DNA from: Octopus vulgaris
Taxonomy: Eukaryota
Length of the DNA stretch: 64,000 bases
Reading direction: 5' to 3'
NCBI GenBank assembly: GCA_951406725.2
Contig: OX597814.1
Coordinates: 2,046,001-2,110,000 of the forward strand
Numbering within the stretch: position 1 is the first letter of the stretch; the number at the start of each line of letters is the position of its first letter. Shown here one piece after another: positions 14,641 to 29,942 of this stretch. The notes beneath the pieces were generated by a model. It was not told where the DNA came from. It saw only the letters and a list, made by a program, of their open reading frames with translations, and did not search any database. The position numbers and the translations under genes were made by a program.

Positions 14641-14822
14641 CATATATATATATATATATATATTTCAATAGGTGAATGAATTATCCTATGTTTATCGTCA
14701 GCATGGGAAATTCGTTGAACCGATACCAGGGTAGCAAATTCGCGTCAGAAACACGGTTGAAGCGACCTGTCCAAGGGTAGAAACTCCGGGTTCATTTGCA
14801 GAAATTTGTTTGTTACATATGA

Positions 14823-15204
14823 ATAAATGAAAAAATGGAGTCGAACGAAGATGTTAACAAAATTCCTTTACTCTCGACATATGTTTCGACGACCACATGG
14901 TTTCATTACAAAGGAATAAAGGGTGTATGATGCAATCTTCTCATCAGGAAAGAAAGAGCCTCTCTCGGCAACAAGACACACAAAAATTTCGATGACTGCC
15001 TGATTGTAGTTTTGTTTACCATGTAGGCAGTCATCGAAACTTTTGTGTGGCTTGTTGCCGAGAGAGGCCCCCTTTCTTTCCTGATGAGAAGATTGCATCA
15101 TACACCCTTTATTCCTATGGAATGAAACCATGTGGTCTTCGAAACATATGTCGAGAGTAAAGGAATTTTGTTAACATCTTTGTTCGACTCCATTCTTTCA
15201 TTTA

Positions 15205-15206
<2 letters not shown>
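14823..15206. repeat. About 180 bp-arm foldback of a PLE pLTR-like element
   Basis: Arms 14823-15001 and 15025-15206 are near-perfect reverse complements. Confidence 0.95.
15071..15163 (+). ncRNA. Type I hammerhead ribozyme
   Basis: CCUUUCUUUC-CUGAUGA-GAAGAUUGCAU...AUGUGGUCUUC-GAA-ACAUAUGU-C-GAGAG U AAAGG; GUC cleavage site. Confidence 0.8.
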
Positions 15207-16365
<1,159 letters not shown>

Positions 16366-16436
16366 CTTAGAAAGGTTTTGGCCAGTATTGGCCCAGGCCA
16401 TGTCTAACTTAATAGCACCACCTGGCGAAGTCTTTC

Positions 16437-16483
<47 letters not shown>

Positions 16484-16500
16484 TATACATATACATATAT

Positions 16501-16549
<49 letters not shown>

Positions 16550-16662
16550 TATATAAATATGTACGACAGGCTTCTTTCAGATTCTGTCTACCAAATCCAC
16601 TCACAAGGCTTTGGTCCCATGTGGTTGGTAAGCAAGCTACTTACCACACAGCCACTCCTGCG

Positions 16663-16708
<46 letters not shown>

Positions 16709-16711
<3 letters not shown>

Positions 16712-17740
16712 GCGTGCCAAGACCAAAATTAGAAGCGTCCTGATCAAGGAGATGCTATTTGCTGATGATGCCGCTCTGGTATCACAAACAGAAGAAGCCC
16801 TACAAAGGCTTATTAACTGTTTTGAGCAAGCATGTGGCAACTTTGACTTAGTTATCAGCCTCAAGAAGACCAACACCATGGGTCAGGCTACATCGGACAT
16901 CCCAAACATACATATTGGAGACCACAGACTACAGGAGATGGAGAAGTTTACCTATCTTGGCTCTACCGTCACTTACAATCTATCCTTTGATGCTGAGCTC
17001 AAGGCAGCTACTGTGATGGCCCAACTCTCCAAACGGGCATGGGACAAGACCACAAAAGTGAAGATTTACCAGACATGTGTACTTAGCACTCTACTGTATG
17101 GAAGTGAGACTTGGACGCCATACACACGCCATACGACGCCTAAATATCTTTCACCTGCGCTGCCTCCGGAAAATCCTTCGCATCAAATGGCAGAATCATG
17201 TCCCCAACAAGGATGTCCTCAAGCAAGCAGGAATACCAAGCATGTTTGCACTCCTCACACAAAGACGTATGAGATGGCTTGGACATGTTAGCCGTATGGA
17301 AGATGGCAGAATCCCCAAGGACATACTCAACGGAGAGCTTGCTAGGGGCACTAGTTCTGTAGGAAGACCGTTCTTACGATACAAGGATGCTTGCAAAAGG
17401 GACATGAATGCCTGCAACATCAATATTACCAACTGGGAAGCAGTTGCCAGCAACCGTGGAGATTGGCGACGTACCATAAAAGAGGGAACACAAAGGAGTG
17501 ACATAGAGGGAGAGGAGAAATGGAAAGACAAGAAAAGACGTCAACAAGAAAGTATGACATTACAACCAGCCGGGCAAAGTCTTCGCTACATTTGCGGCAC
17601 CTGCCAGAGGGAGTGTTGTCCAGGATAGGACTACACAGCCACAGCAGGAGACGAATTAGGACATGAAATGTAAAAGCCGGACTAGATTATTTTATGCGCA
17701 ACTCCATTTTCTTCCGAGACAACAAGAATGCCAACAACAA
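16709..17740 (+). mobile_element. 5'-truncated RTE-clade (BovB-like) LINE, reverse transcriptase C-terminus, frameshifted
   Basis: MLFADDAAL...LVISLKKT, FTYLGS, VLSTLLYGSETWT, FHLRCLRKIL.IKWQ, RWLGHVSRMEDGRIPKDIL.GEL; CAA tail. Confidence 0.92.
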
Positions 17741-18034
17741 TATATATGGATTTCGTAGACAGGAACTGAAACAAATTAATCGTATATATATGTATGCATA
17801 TATGTAAGTTTATATGTGTGAGTTTGTCTTTGTGTTTCACCCCCATCCCTGCTTCACAACTGCTGTTCATTCATTTACATCCATATAACTTACTGGTTTC
17901 ACAAGAACAAACTAATAGAATAAGTACTAGGCTTATCAACATAAAAAAGCACTAGGCTGTGTCTCATATTTTTGTTTGCCCACTAAGTTGTATCTATCAA
18001 TTTATCTTTGTATGTGTGTGTGTGTATGTATCTA

Positions 18035-19471
<1,437 letters not shown>

Positions 19472-19621
19472 TTATATATAACAAATACCACGGTTCCCAA
19501 ACATATAAAAAGTAATACATATTCATAAAATCACAGAAGGTAAAAGTATATAATCGAATAAAATGGAAATAGAACGGCCTACCAAAATGTTAAATATAAA
19601 CGACTATGATTTCATGAACTA

Positions 19622-19667
<46 letters not shown>

Positions 19668-19791
19668 TAACTAATTATAAAAAAAAGAGAAAAAAGGCAA
19701 GAAATAAACGAGGACGCAACGACGTAATACATGTAAAGTATTAATGAGACGCTCAAAGAAGGAAAGAAAAAAGAATTGTGGTTTTATATGT

Positions 19792-19823
<32 letters not shown>

Positions 19824-20414
19824 TTGTCCCCCCACCACCGCTTGACAACCCGTGCTGGTGTGTTTGTGTTCCATTAATTTAGCGGTTCGGCGTGGTCGAT
19901 TTATTCGACTAAAAATTCTTCACGGCGGTGCCCCAGCATGGCCGAAGTCTAATGACTGAAACAAGTATAAGATAAAAGATAAAAACTATCATTCATTATT
20001 CAACTGGTGTTGAATAATGAAATCTGAATGAAAAAGATTATGATTTAAATTACTATAAAAAAAAAGAAAAGGGGGTAGTCACGGGTGGATTGGTAACAGA
20101 AGGAACAGCTGCATTCTAAGCGGGAATGAAATTATTGAATCTTCGTATGTTTCTTCCTTACAACAACTTTCAATCTGTCTTTTAGTATTTGTTTTTGTAG
20201 TCCAAACTGACAAGAAAATATTCCTTTGATGTTGTGTTGAACTCGCTGATGATTGCTCAAAGTCCGTTTCTGTCAAAATGGTTTCCGACAAACCATTCCA
20301 AACGTATTTGGGTTAATAATAATAATCAAGTTGAGCATTCATTAAAATTAAATTACCAGACCTTGGGCATGTCAATCATTACATTATTTAAAATGTCCTC
20401 ACCTTGTTTGTTGT

Positions 20415-20460
20415 TATCCCTACGTTTCGGCTGATGTACTCTCCAGCCTTCATTAGGTGT
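20415..20460 (-). ncRNA. Degenerate pLTR hammerhead
   Basis: ACAC-CUAAUGA-A-GGCUG..CAGCC-GAA-ACGU-A; the inverted copy at 21021-21063 keeps CUGAUGA. Confidence 0.65.
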
Positions 20461-20544
20461 TCGGGTGGAATTTCGAACTCAACCCGCTATTCTCATTCCT
20501 AAGTTATGTTGCTGATGTTGTTTTTCTGTTGATATTATTTTTCA

Positions 20545-20617
20545 AGTCCCTGCCTGGGATTGAACTTAGAATCCGAGGGTTAGTAGCCCGCGCTCTTATC
20601 CACTACGCTATATCCCC
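20545..20617 (-). other. tRNA-like Pol III module (ACU loop), not a functional tRNA
   Basis: TAGCGTAGTGG A box, GGGCTACTAACCC anticodon arm, AGTTCAATCCC B box; homologous to 41991-42063. Confidence 0.75.
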
Positions 20618-20631
20618 GTGAATTTTAGGGC

Positions 20632-20990
20632 TTATAAACCTAGTATTTTAACTTTTCTTAACACTGGTTCCCATATTACATTCATATCTGTACTTGGTCT
20701 GCTTAGGAGGTTATTATGTCCTAGCATATGTGCTGCCTATTTTAATTTTTGTATTACCCAGTGGTGTTCTCTGTCGATTATTTTAACTTCGTCCCACAGC
20801 GGAAGGCATCTCCGTTTCTTCATACATGATCGGCTATAATCGATTTTTCAACATCCCCTCGTGTCACAGCTTTACGATGTCCCTCTACTCTTACTTTAAG
20901 GGAGCGGTATGTTTCGCCTCTGTATAATCTACCGCAACAGCATTGCTTAGAGCACACGCAGTTTTTGGTCATATTCTCTTCTATGGTCAA
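20632..20990 (-). pseudogene. PLE GIY-YIG endonuclease C-terminus (stops and frameshift)
   Basis: KNCVCSKQCCCGRLYRGETYRSLKVRVEGHRKAV...SIIADHV, then LPLWDEVKIIDREHHW..QKLK*AAHM...LLSRPS..MNVIWEPVL. Confidence 0.85.
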
Positions 20991-21892
20991 ATAAAGGTTC
21001 AGGTCCAAATTTCCACCAGAACACCTGATGAAGGCTGGAGAGTATACCAAGTGAAACGATGTGATAACAACAAAGTGAGAATACCAATCCGTCCATTATA
21101 AATAACTTACACAATTCCTCATCTCAAAAATATAGAATAGTATTAAGTTAATCAGTACGTCCCTGGTAGTCTCCGTTGCAAGTTTCTTTTCATACTATTT
21201 CAGTATAACTATGGTTGAAACGAAAGGCCTGAGATTTTAGGTCATAACTTCTAAATATTTGCGTTGCAATCCTATGCCTCGTAATGGGTAAATCCTAGCA
21301 TCAACCTATAGATTATGCGATTCAATATTCCGACAACTCGGTCGTATATGAATTTTGTCGTCCGATTTTATAAAGTTTGCAGATCTCGATGTATCGTCGG
21401 AATCTTTTACAAAATTTCACAGGGAACCATCCTTCCGCATTTTTCTTTGCATTATATGCACCTTCACGTGAACAGGTTTGTACATTTTTATCGGTATTCC
21501 ACCAGGTTGCATTATGTATCACTACATCGTTTGTTGGCTGCCACCTATCTTATTTTTCAAACAGCGGTCATATATATATATATCAGCCATTAACATTCCT
21601 TTATTTTATATCTTCAAATCAGTATTCCAATTGATACCCAGATATTATCGCTGTACGCTTATTAAATAACAATTTTCTGTGTTTCAAGTGTTCATAATTA
21701 ACTAGAGAGAGACGACACGAAATACCGTGTAACGTTTTTAAACGACGAGCTTCTATCGAATTATGTAACACGCTGAAAGTATTGAATATTCTCTACTTCC
21801 TGTTGTTTAAGCACAAGTGTTTATATCTATCTATCTGTCCGTCTGTCTATCTATATATGTGCGTTTGTATGTGTGTTTGTGTATGTGTGTAT

Positions 21893-22215
21893 GTTAGTTA
21901 GTTAGTTAATTTGGCTCAAAAGCAAATAGCAAGGCCATGTAGGGGGACATGGAGTTAAGTACAGGGTGGTGTTCATGTAAAGAGTTCAGGCCACTTGAGG
22001 TCCAGGGAGGCTTTGAACAAAGCGGTCGTCGGCATCTTCACCATCTCGTCTGGCAGCTTGTTCCACGGATCCGCAACCCGGACGGAGAAAGCTCCTCTCC
22101 TTCGATTGAGATGAAATCGTCGCAGGTAGAGCTTTTCGGAATGACCCCGCAGCCGACGCTCTGGAGCAGGAGTGAAGAACAGCTCTTTCGAGAGGTTACA
22201 CTTTCCGCTTATGAT
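21893..22215 (-). mobile_element. CR1/L2-type LINE 3' end with (CTAA)n tail
   Basis: RRLRGHSEKLY...RRGAFSVRVADPWNKLP..V......FKASLD; same tail at 27534-27672. Confidence 0.85.
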
Positions 22216-22269
22216 GTTGTGTATATATGTGTGCATGTATGTATCTAAATTTTACTTGTCTATACTTCT

Positions 22270-22499
22270 GTTCTTTATTCTTCTATTTGTTTCAGTCATT
22301 TGACTGCGGCCATGCTGGAGCGCTGCCTTTAGACGAGCAAATCGACCTCAGGACTTATTCTTTGTAAGCCGAGTACTTTTTCTATTGGTTCTCTTTTGCA
22401 GAACCGCTAGGTTACAGACACGTGCACATGCCAAAATCGGCTGTCAAGTGATGACAGGGAGATACATACAGACACACAAACACATACACACACATACAT

Positions 22500-22531
<32 letters not shown>

Positions 22532-22939
22532 GTGTGTATGTATATATATATACATACATATGTATATATATATACATATACATACATACATATGTATATA
22601 TATATACATATACATACATATATATATATATATACATATACATACATATATATATATATATACATATACATACATATATATATATATATACATATACATA
22701 CATATATATATATATATACATATACATACATATATATATATATATACATATACATACATATATATATATATATACATATACATACATATATATATATATA
22801 CATATACATACATATATATATATATACATATACATACATATATATATATATACATACATATATATATATATACATACATATATATATATATACATACATA
22901 TATATATATATACATATACATACATATATATATATACAT

Positions 22940-23015
<76 letters not shown>

Positions 23016-23170
23016 TTATATACATACATACACGACTACCAATTCCACTCACAAGGCTTTGGTCGATTCGAGGTTATAGTAGAAGGCACTTGCCCAAGGT
23101 GCCAAGCAGTGGGACTGAACCCAGAACCATATGGTTGGGAAGAGAACTCCTTACCAGCCACCAACGCCTG
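22270..23170 (-). mobile_element. SINE family A split by an about 550 bp expanded internal microsatellite
   Basis: 3' half at 22270-22480, head at 23035-23170, TA/TACA tract between. Confidence 0.8.
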
Positions 23171-23204
23171 TACACACATATGCATACATACATTCATACA
23201 TACA

Positions 23205-23244
<40 letters not shown>

Positions 23245-23919
23245 AATATATATATATATATATATATGTATGTGCGTATATATGTGCGTATGTATGTATG
23301 TATGTATGAATGTATGTATGTGTGTGTGTATGTATGTATGTGTGTGTGTGTTTGTGGGTGCGCACTTGTAATACACCGCACTGTCCTATTAACACCCAGA
23401 ACCTCTGCCAGCCCTTACACTTTCCACCGTTCCGTTGCAGTCAAGCCACCATGCACCCACTGAACGGCAGTCGGTCGGTGTGAAGCACTAACCTAACACA
23501 GCCCAATCAGCCGAGAGACCAGTGAAAGGACCCGTATTACCTACCCATCGAAATGGCTTTCTATCAACAAAGATTTTTGAGGGCACAATCTACGAATTTT
23601 GTATTCTGTTTAGAATCTGCTTGAAGCTATATGAACTAACTCATCCGCACACGGGGCTTAAAAAAACACTCACCGACCTTATATGACCGACCAGAAAATG
23701 GCGTCGTTCGACAAGGACATCAATTTATTGTCTGAAGTTTAATGAAGGACGTATTGTTAGATATCGGGCATGTTGCACATAATACGTAACATACCCACAC
23801 TCAGACACTCCCTCATAGGCGCGCATACAAACATTCCTGTACGCTATAAAAAGTAGTGAGTAATTCTTCAGTTTAGTCTTAAATTGTTTTTATTATAACT
23901 CAACTTAAAAACAATTAGT

Positions 23920-23982
<63 letters not shown>

Positions 23983-24037
23983 CTCTCTCTCTCTCTCACA
24001 CACACTGTCTCTGTCTCTCTCGCTTTATTTATATATA

Positions 24038-24948
24038 TATGGCTGTGTGGTAAGAAGCTTGCTTCCCAACTACACGGTTTAGGGTTCAGTTCCACTGCTT
24101 GGCACCTTGAGCAGGTGTCTTCTTCTATAGCCTCGGGCCGACCAAAGCATTTCGGGTGGATTTGTTGGACGGAAACGGAAAGAAGCCCGTACGCACACAC
24201 ACAACGTATGGGGCTTTAGTTCACAGGTGATCTAAATTACTAATTTCGCTAGGTAAGTGCTGTAACGGATTACTGGGACTCCAAGATTATAGCTGAGCTG
24301 GTAGTTATGGAACCATAGCAGATTACCAATATAGCGTATGTAAAATTGTTAAAGAGGACAACAATCGTTAAGGCAAGATAAACATCTCAAGTCATATACG
24401 TTATTAGTATTGAAAAAATTCAAAGTCTTACAGCTGTTTCTGGGATATCCCAGAGTACAGGATATTCCGTCGTCGGAAACAAATCGGGAAAATGAGAAGG
24501 GTATAGATTAATGAAATGAAGAACAGGAGAAAAGGAATAAGGAGATGAAGGAAGAGAAGAAAAAAGAAGCATAAAAGTTCACAGTTCGACTTTCCGATCA
24601 CGTAGAAGTAAGTCCGTAAGACCTTAGGTGTAATCCCGTGTAAATCCATGTAGGTTGATGGATATTTACTCTATTAGGACTTTAACCTACATGAATTTAT
24701 ACAGGATTTACATTTAGCCTTTTTTCTCTGCTCTTTCTACATCTCTTTATTCCTTTTCTCCTGCCGTCTGTGTCGTCGTTTCATTAATCTATACCCTTTT
24801 ATTTTCCCTATTTGTCTCTGACGACACAATATGCTACACTCTGGGATATCCCAGAAACAGCTGTAAGATTTTGAACTTTTCCAATACGAATAACGTATAA
24901 GACTTGAAATGTTTGTCTTTCCTTAAAGTTTGTTGTTCTCTTTAGCAG

Positions 24949-25019
<71 letters not shown>

Positions 25020-25117
25020 CATATGCATACATATATATATAAAATATGTGATATATATATATTTGTTTGTTTGTACTCCACCTGCCTTCGTCTTTTGTTT
25101 ATTTTCATAAACTTTCC

Positions 25118-25158
<41 letters not shown>

Positions 25159-25335
25159 TACATATATTTGTGTGTGTTTGTCCCCGACCATCGCTTGACA
25201 ACTGATAGTGGCGTGTTTACATCACTGAAACTTAGCATTTCGGCAATTGAAACCGATAAAATAAGTACTAGGCTTACAAAAAAGTGCTGGGGTCGATTTG
25301 TGGCGCCGCAGTCATATGACTGAAACAAGTAAATG
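24038..25335 (+). mobile_element. SINE family A head (24038-24192) and tail (25165-25335) flanking nested insertions
   Basis: Collinear halves separated at the internal microsatellite. Confidence 0.65.
24346..24948. repeat. Diverged foldback element with hammerhead at 24814-24869 (+)
   Basis: Arms about 24346-24655 and 24684-24948; GUCU-CUGACGA...GGAUAUCCCA-GAA-ACAGCUGU-A-AGAU. Confidence 0.8.
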
Positions 25336-25354
25336 ATTAAAGACTGTATGTATG

Positions 25355-25392
<38 letters not shown>

Positions 25393-25396
<4 letters not shown>

Positions 25397-26381
25397 AATA
25401 AGGTCACATCCATATACGATACCCGAGGACAGTCTGTTTCTGGATTTGTGGGTAAAACGCCACTTTTCCTTCATCAGCTCAGAGATTTCTTCCGATTTAG
25501 ATTTGAAAATACTAAGAATCAAACATACCCGTCCGATATCTGTAACATCGGACAAACTATGCCAGACACCCAGTACTAGCGAATCCAAAAATGGCGTTTT
25601 ACCCACAAATCCAGAAACAGACTGTCCTCGGGTATCGTATATGGATGTGATCTTTCATTGTTTTTCCCTTATTCCTATGTGAGTTATTTTTCTGAGTATG
25701 CATTGTCTGGAGACTTTTATTTGCAGTTGAAGAAATAGCCAAATTTTTGGCTGCTATTTCTGAAAAGTTCGGTGTGTGGTAAAGTGAATTCTTTTACTTT
25801 ACCATATTTTTATAAATTAATACTTCAAATATACCGTAAATGGTCTTTACATACCGAATACTGCTTGGTCGAATTTATTAATAATTAATTAATTCGACCC
25901 CCTTTTTTCATAACAATATAATGCTCTTTCTCTCCAAGAATTTAAACTGCAGTTTTTACCTCTGTAGAAATGGAATACTCTATGACTCACGTGGGCGGAC
26001 AGGGAGAATAATAGATCTCATTCGTATTTTTGGATTCGCTAGTACTGGGTGTCTGGCATAGTTTGTCCGATGTTACAGATATCGGACGGGTATGTTTGAT
26101 TCTTAGTATTTTCAAATCTAAATCGGAAGAAATCTCTGAGCTGATGAAGGAAAAGTGGCGTTTTACCCACAAATCCAGAAACAGACTGTCCTCGGGTATC
26201 GTATATGGATGTGATCTTTCATTGTTTTTCCCTTATTCCTATGTGAGTTATTTTTCTGAGTATGCATTGTCTGGAGACTTTTATTTGCAGTTGAAGAAAT
26301 AGCCAAATTTTTGGCTGCTATTTCTGAAAAGTTCGGTGTGTGGTAAAGTGAATTCTTTTACTTTACCATATTTTTATAAAT
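25393..26381 (+). mobile_element. Young non-autonomous PLE/retrozyme-like insertion: inverted arm plus 564 bp-period direct repeat
   Basis: 25404-25592 is the reverse complement of 26026-26214; 25592-25817 equals 26156-26381; flanked by (TA)n. Confidence 0.9.
26136..26195 (+). ncRNA. Type I hammerhead ribozyme (antisense copy at 25423-25482)
   Basis: CUGAG-CUGAUGA-a GGA aaa GUGG..CCAC aaa UCC a-GAA-ACAGACUGU-C-CUCGG. Confidence 0.8.
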
Positions 26382-26899
26382 ATATATATATATATATATA
26401 TTTGTTTGTATGTACACACACAGAGACGCACACACGCACACATACACACACATGTATACATATATATATATATATATTTGAAGGTAGAAAATACACTACT
26501 TCTGTAAATATAATTCTCAAATTTGAGCTTAAACTACTATCGATCTCTAATATGTTTCACGTTAAAGATTTTACATAAAATATACAAATCGAAGAGAAAT
26601 AAATATTCAAACAGCCGTGTAGGAAATGTAAGATGATACGAACAACCGATTGATTGAATGTATTATTGATTTGTTGGAAAACACATTATGTCAATACCGA
26701 AAGCAAATTTGCTCTTCTTAGCTGCATTGGAAATAACATTACAATATCTATACTATAATAAAGAAAGCTGCTTATTAATTAGTTTAGAGCATGTGATTTT
26801 TAGTAAAAGATATCAATTATTAAAGACTACACTGTCTAGAAAATTTCTAAAAATTCAAATTTTAATATATTTTTTTTTATCATAAAGGCCTATAATATA

Positions 26900-27200
26900 G
26901 GTTCAGGTTTGGCTTTACGGTAAGAAGTATGTTTCTCAACCACATGATTCCTGTTTCGGTACCACTGCGTAGCAACTTGGAGAAATATCTTCTGCTATAG
27001 CCTCGTGTCAATCAAAGCCTTGTAATTGGATTTGGTAGATGGAAACTGAAAGAAGCCTTATGTGTGTGCTTTGATTCTTTGTGACTGTTGTTCTCCATCA
27101 ACGCTCGACAGCTGGTGTTGCTGTGTTTACATCCCCGTAACTAAGCGATAAAATATGTACTTCATTCAACTACAATCCTTCAAGGCGTTACTCCAGCATG
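26900..27200 (+). mobile_element. Diverged SINE family A
   Basis: GGATTTGGTAGATGGAAACTGAAAGAAGCC and CTCCAGCATGG motifs. Confidence 0.75.
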
Positions 27201-27204
27201 GAGA

Positions 27205-27688
27205 CATCCTTCGGTCATAAATGACCACGGGATTGCACCTAGAAAGTTACCCTCCGAGGCACAAGCCCGGGCAAGGTTGTTTGTGGAAGACCAGCAGTCG
27301 CTCATGCATACCAGCCTCTACTCTCCACACCACTGATGCTATCCAAGGGAAAGGTAAAGGGGGCGATACAGCTTGGCACCAGTGATGTCGCAACTCATTT
27401 CTACAGCTGAGTGAACTGGAGCAACGTGAAGTAAAGTGAAGGCACATGGTTTAGTGGACAGAACGTCGAGCTTACGAAAGTGAGGTTGTGAGTTCGATTC
27501 CCGGACCGGGCTGGGTGTTGTGTTCTTGAGCAACAAGTGGCCTGACCTCTTTACATGAAGTGGCCTGAACTCTTTACATGAACACCACCCTGTACTTAAC
27601 TCCATGTCCCCCTACCTGGTCTTGCTATTTGCTTTTGAGCCAAATTAACTAACTAACTAACTAACTAACTAAGCTACTTTATTTCATG

Positions 27689-27690
<2 letters not shown>
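27205..27690. mobile_element. SINE family B: inverted body (27205-27437, -) abutting head (27438-27533, +), interrupted by a CR1/L2 tail (27534-27672)
   Basis: Comparison with intact family B at 30335-30655; head has GAGTTCGATTCCC B box and ACG loop. Confidence 0.8.
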
Positions 27691-27743
<53 letters not shown>

Positions 27744-27756
27744 GATAATAATAACG

Positions 27757-27787
<31 letters not shown>

Positions 27788-27795
27788 TAATAATA

Positions 27796-28029
27796 ACTGG
27801 TACATCACACGTATTGAGAAGAGCATTGTCGATGTGAGAACTGTTGCTGCTCATGTATTTTAATTTAACTTTAAAAAAAAAAATAAATAAAAATAATGAA
27901 CGAACTACTGAGTTTGGTTTAATGGCCTACCAATGTATACTATGAGTTTCTTTGCCCTAGGAGTCGGGAAGACACTCGGCAAGAAATGGAAGCAAATTTG
28001 AAAAAAGAAAAAAAAGTAATAATAAAAAA

Positions 28030-28070
<41 letters not shown>

Positions 28071-28102
28071 TAATAATAATAATAATGATAATAATAATAA
28101 CG

Positions 28103-28141
<39 letters not shown>

Positions 28142-28625
28142 GTAATAATAATAATAATTATAATTATAATAATAATAATAATAATGAGCATCCCCTGTGA
28201 TCATAATATCTCAGCGAAAGAGTTTGACAAGCTCAGAAAATATAAAGACCTACTCATTGAAATTGAGAAAATGTGGCATCTCAAGGCGGTTACAATACCA
28301 GTGATCGTAGGAGCACTAGGAATGATCAAGAAGGGAACCGAAAATTATATGAGAATGATCCCTGGCTTACCATCCCTGCAAGAAGTGCAAAAGATTGTCT
28401 TAACTGGTACATCACACGTATTGAGAAGAGCATTGTCGATGTGAGAACTGTTGCTGCTCATGTATTTTAATTTAACTTTAAAAAAAAAAAAAAAAAAAAA
28501 AATGAACGAACTACTGAGTTTGGTTTAATGGCCTACCAATATACACTATGAGTTTCTTTGCCCTAGGAGTCGGGAAGACACTCGGCAAGAAATGGAAGAA
28601 ATTTGAAAGAAGAAAAAAAAGTAAT
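27796..28625 (+). mobile_element. Two tandem R4/Dong-like LINE 3' ends in (AAT)n
   Basis: SIPCDHNISAKEFDKLRKYKDLLIEIEKMW...IPVIVGALGMI (endonuclease C-terminus); near-identical 3' UTRs at 27796-28020 and 28403-28625. Confidence 0.9.
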
Positions 28626-28675
<50 letters not shown>

Positions 28676-28898
28676 TAATTATTATTATTATTATTTAATA
28701 AATAAATAAATTGTACAAATACGTCCTAATTGGATTAGTGTGTTTGAATGTAGAGTAGAGAAGCGGCAGAGTTGCGGCTACCTGAGCTGGTACCCTTCCA
28801 TTGGATTCACTTCAGGAACTCGGCAGGAACAGTTAGGCTAATAAAAGTTACCTAATAAAAGTCTAATACGAAATCCATCTCTTACTATTAATTGATAC

Positions 28899-28931
<33 letters not shown>

Positions 28932-29270
28932 ATACATTTATATACATACATAATTCATACATACCACACATACACATATACATATATATCTATATCTGTA
29001 TATATATATATGAGTAAATATATATATATATATATATAATACATATATTATACATACATATATAAATATGTATGTATGTATCTATAAATCAGACATTTGA
29101 GCTACATTTAGTAAAAGGCACGTTATACAAACAGTACCACCTGGTTGTATTGAATTCAAATATAAATTTGATCCATATTGGCAAGTCTAGTAAGGAGATA
29201 CGTCTAATGGAAACATATCTGGGTGTGGCGCCTTTGTCAGGCATTGTATATCAACGTTATATCTAAATAA

Positions 29271-29314
<44 letters not shown>

Positions 29315-29645
29315 AATTTGTAAGTAAAATTACATTTAATTCATTAATAGCGAAACAATAGTCCCAAAATAATCTGTATTTTTGTTATTTTTTATTTGCC
29401 CTGTCCGTGTGAGCTAACAATCGTACTGACTTTCATGGGAAACATGTATTTTTGTGGTTGAAACCTTTTGGATTAACTGGTGCTAGAGTGAGCCATATAG
29501 TGACCACTCTCTTATATTTATTTTGTAAAAATATTATAATATATTATAAAATATTATAATAATCCAGGTTTCTCGGAGCACTAGGCCACTTGGTGTTGAA
29601 TAGATATACTATTAAATTAGTATCTAATTCTCTCACCCTTATTAA

Positions 29646-29676
<31 letters not shown>

Positions 29677-29785
29677 AATTAAATAACGAGGGAGATAAAT
29701 TGAATATTAATTTAATATCAATGTAAAACCAGTAGTGTAGCATATATAAAAAATCTGAAAAATTAAAAAAAATTTCCATACGTGC

Positions 29786-29939
29786 ATATTTAGGGATACC
29801 CACTAGGTGGATAACCAATATGCTAGAAGAAGATCACATACGATCTAACTACAAAGAAAAGAGGACATCCTTTTCTTTGTAGTTAGATTGTATGAGATCT
29901 AACATATTGCTTATCCACCTAGTGGGTATCCCTAAATAT
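29786..29939. repeat. Foldback inverted repeat
   Basis: ATATTTAGGGATACCCACTAGGTGGATAA...CTACAAAGAAAAG is mirrored across an 8 bp loop. Confidence 0.9.
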
Positions 29940-29942
29940 ACA

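Larger units (their letters stand above)
20380..21140 (-). mobile_element. 5'-truncated Penelope-like element with inverted pLTR at its 5' junction
   Basis: GIY-YIG remnant 20632-20990 (-), tRNA-like module, hammerhead at 20415-20460 (-), inverted pLTR copy at about 20995-21140 (+). Confidence 0.85.
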
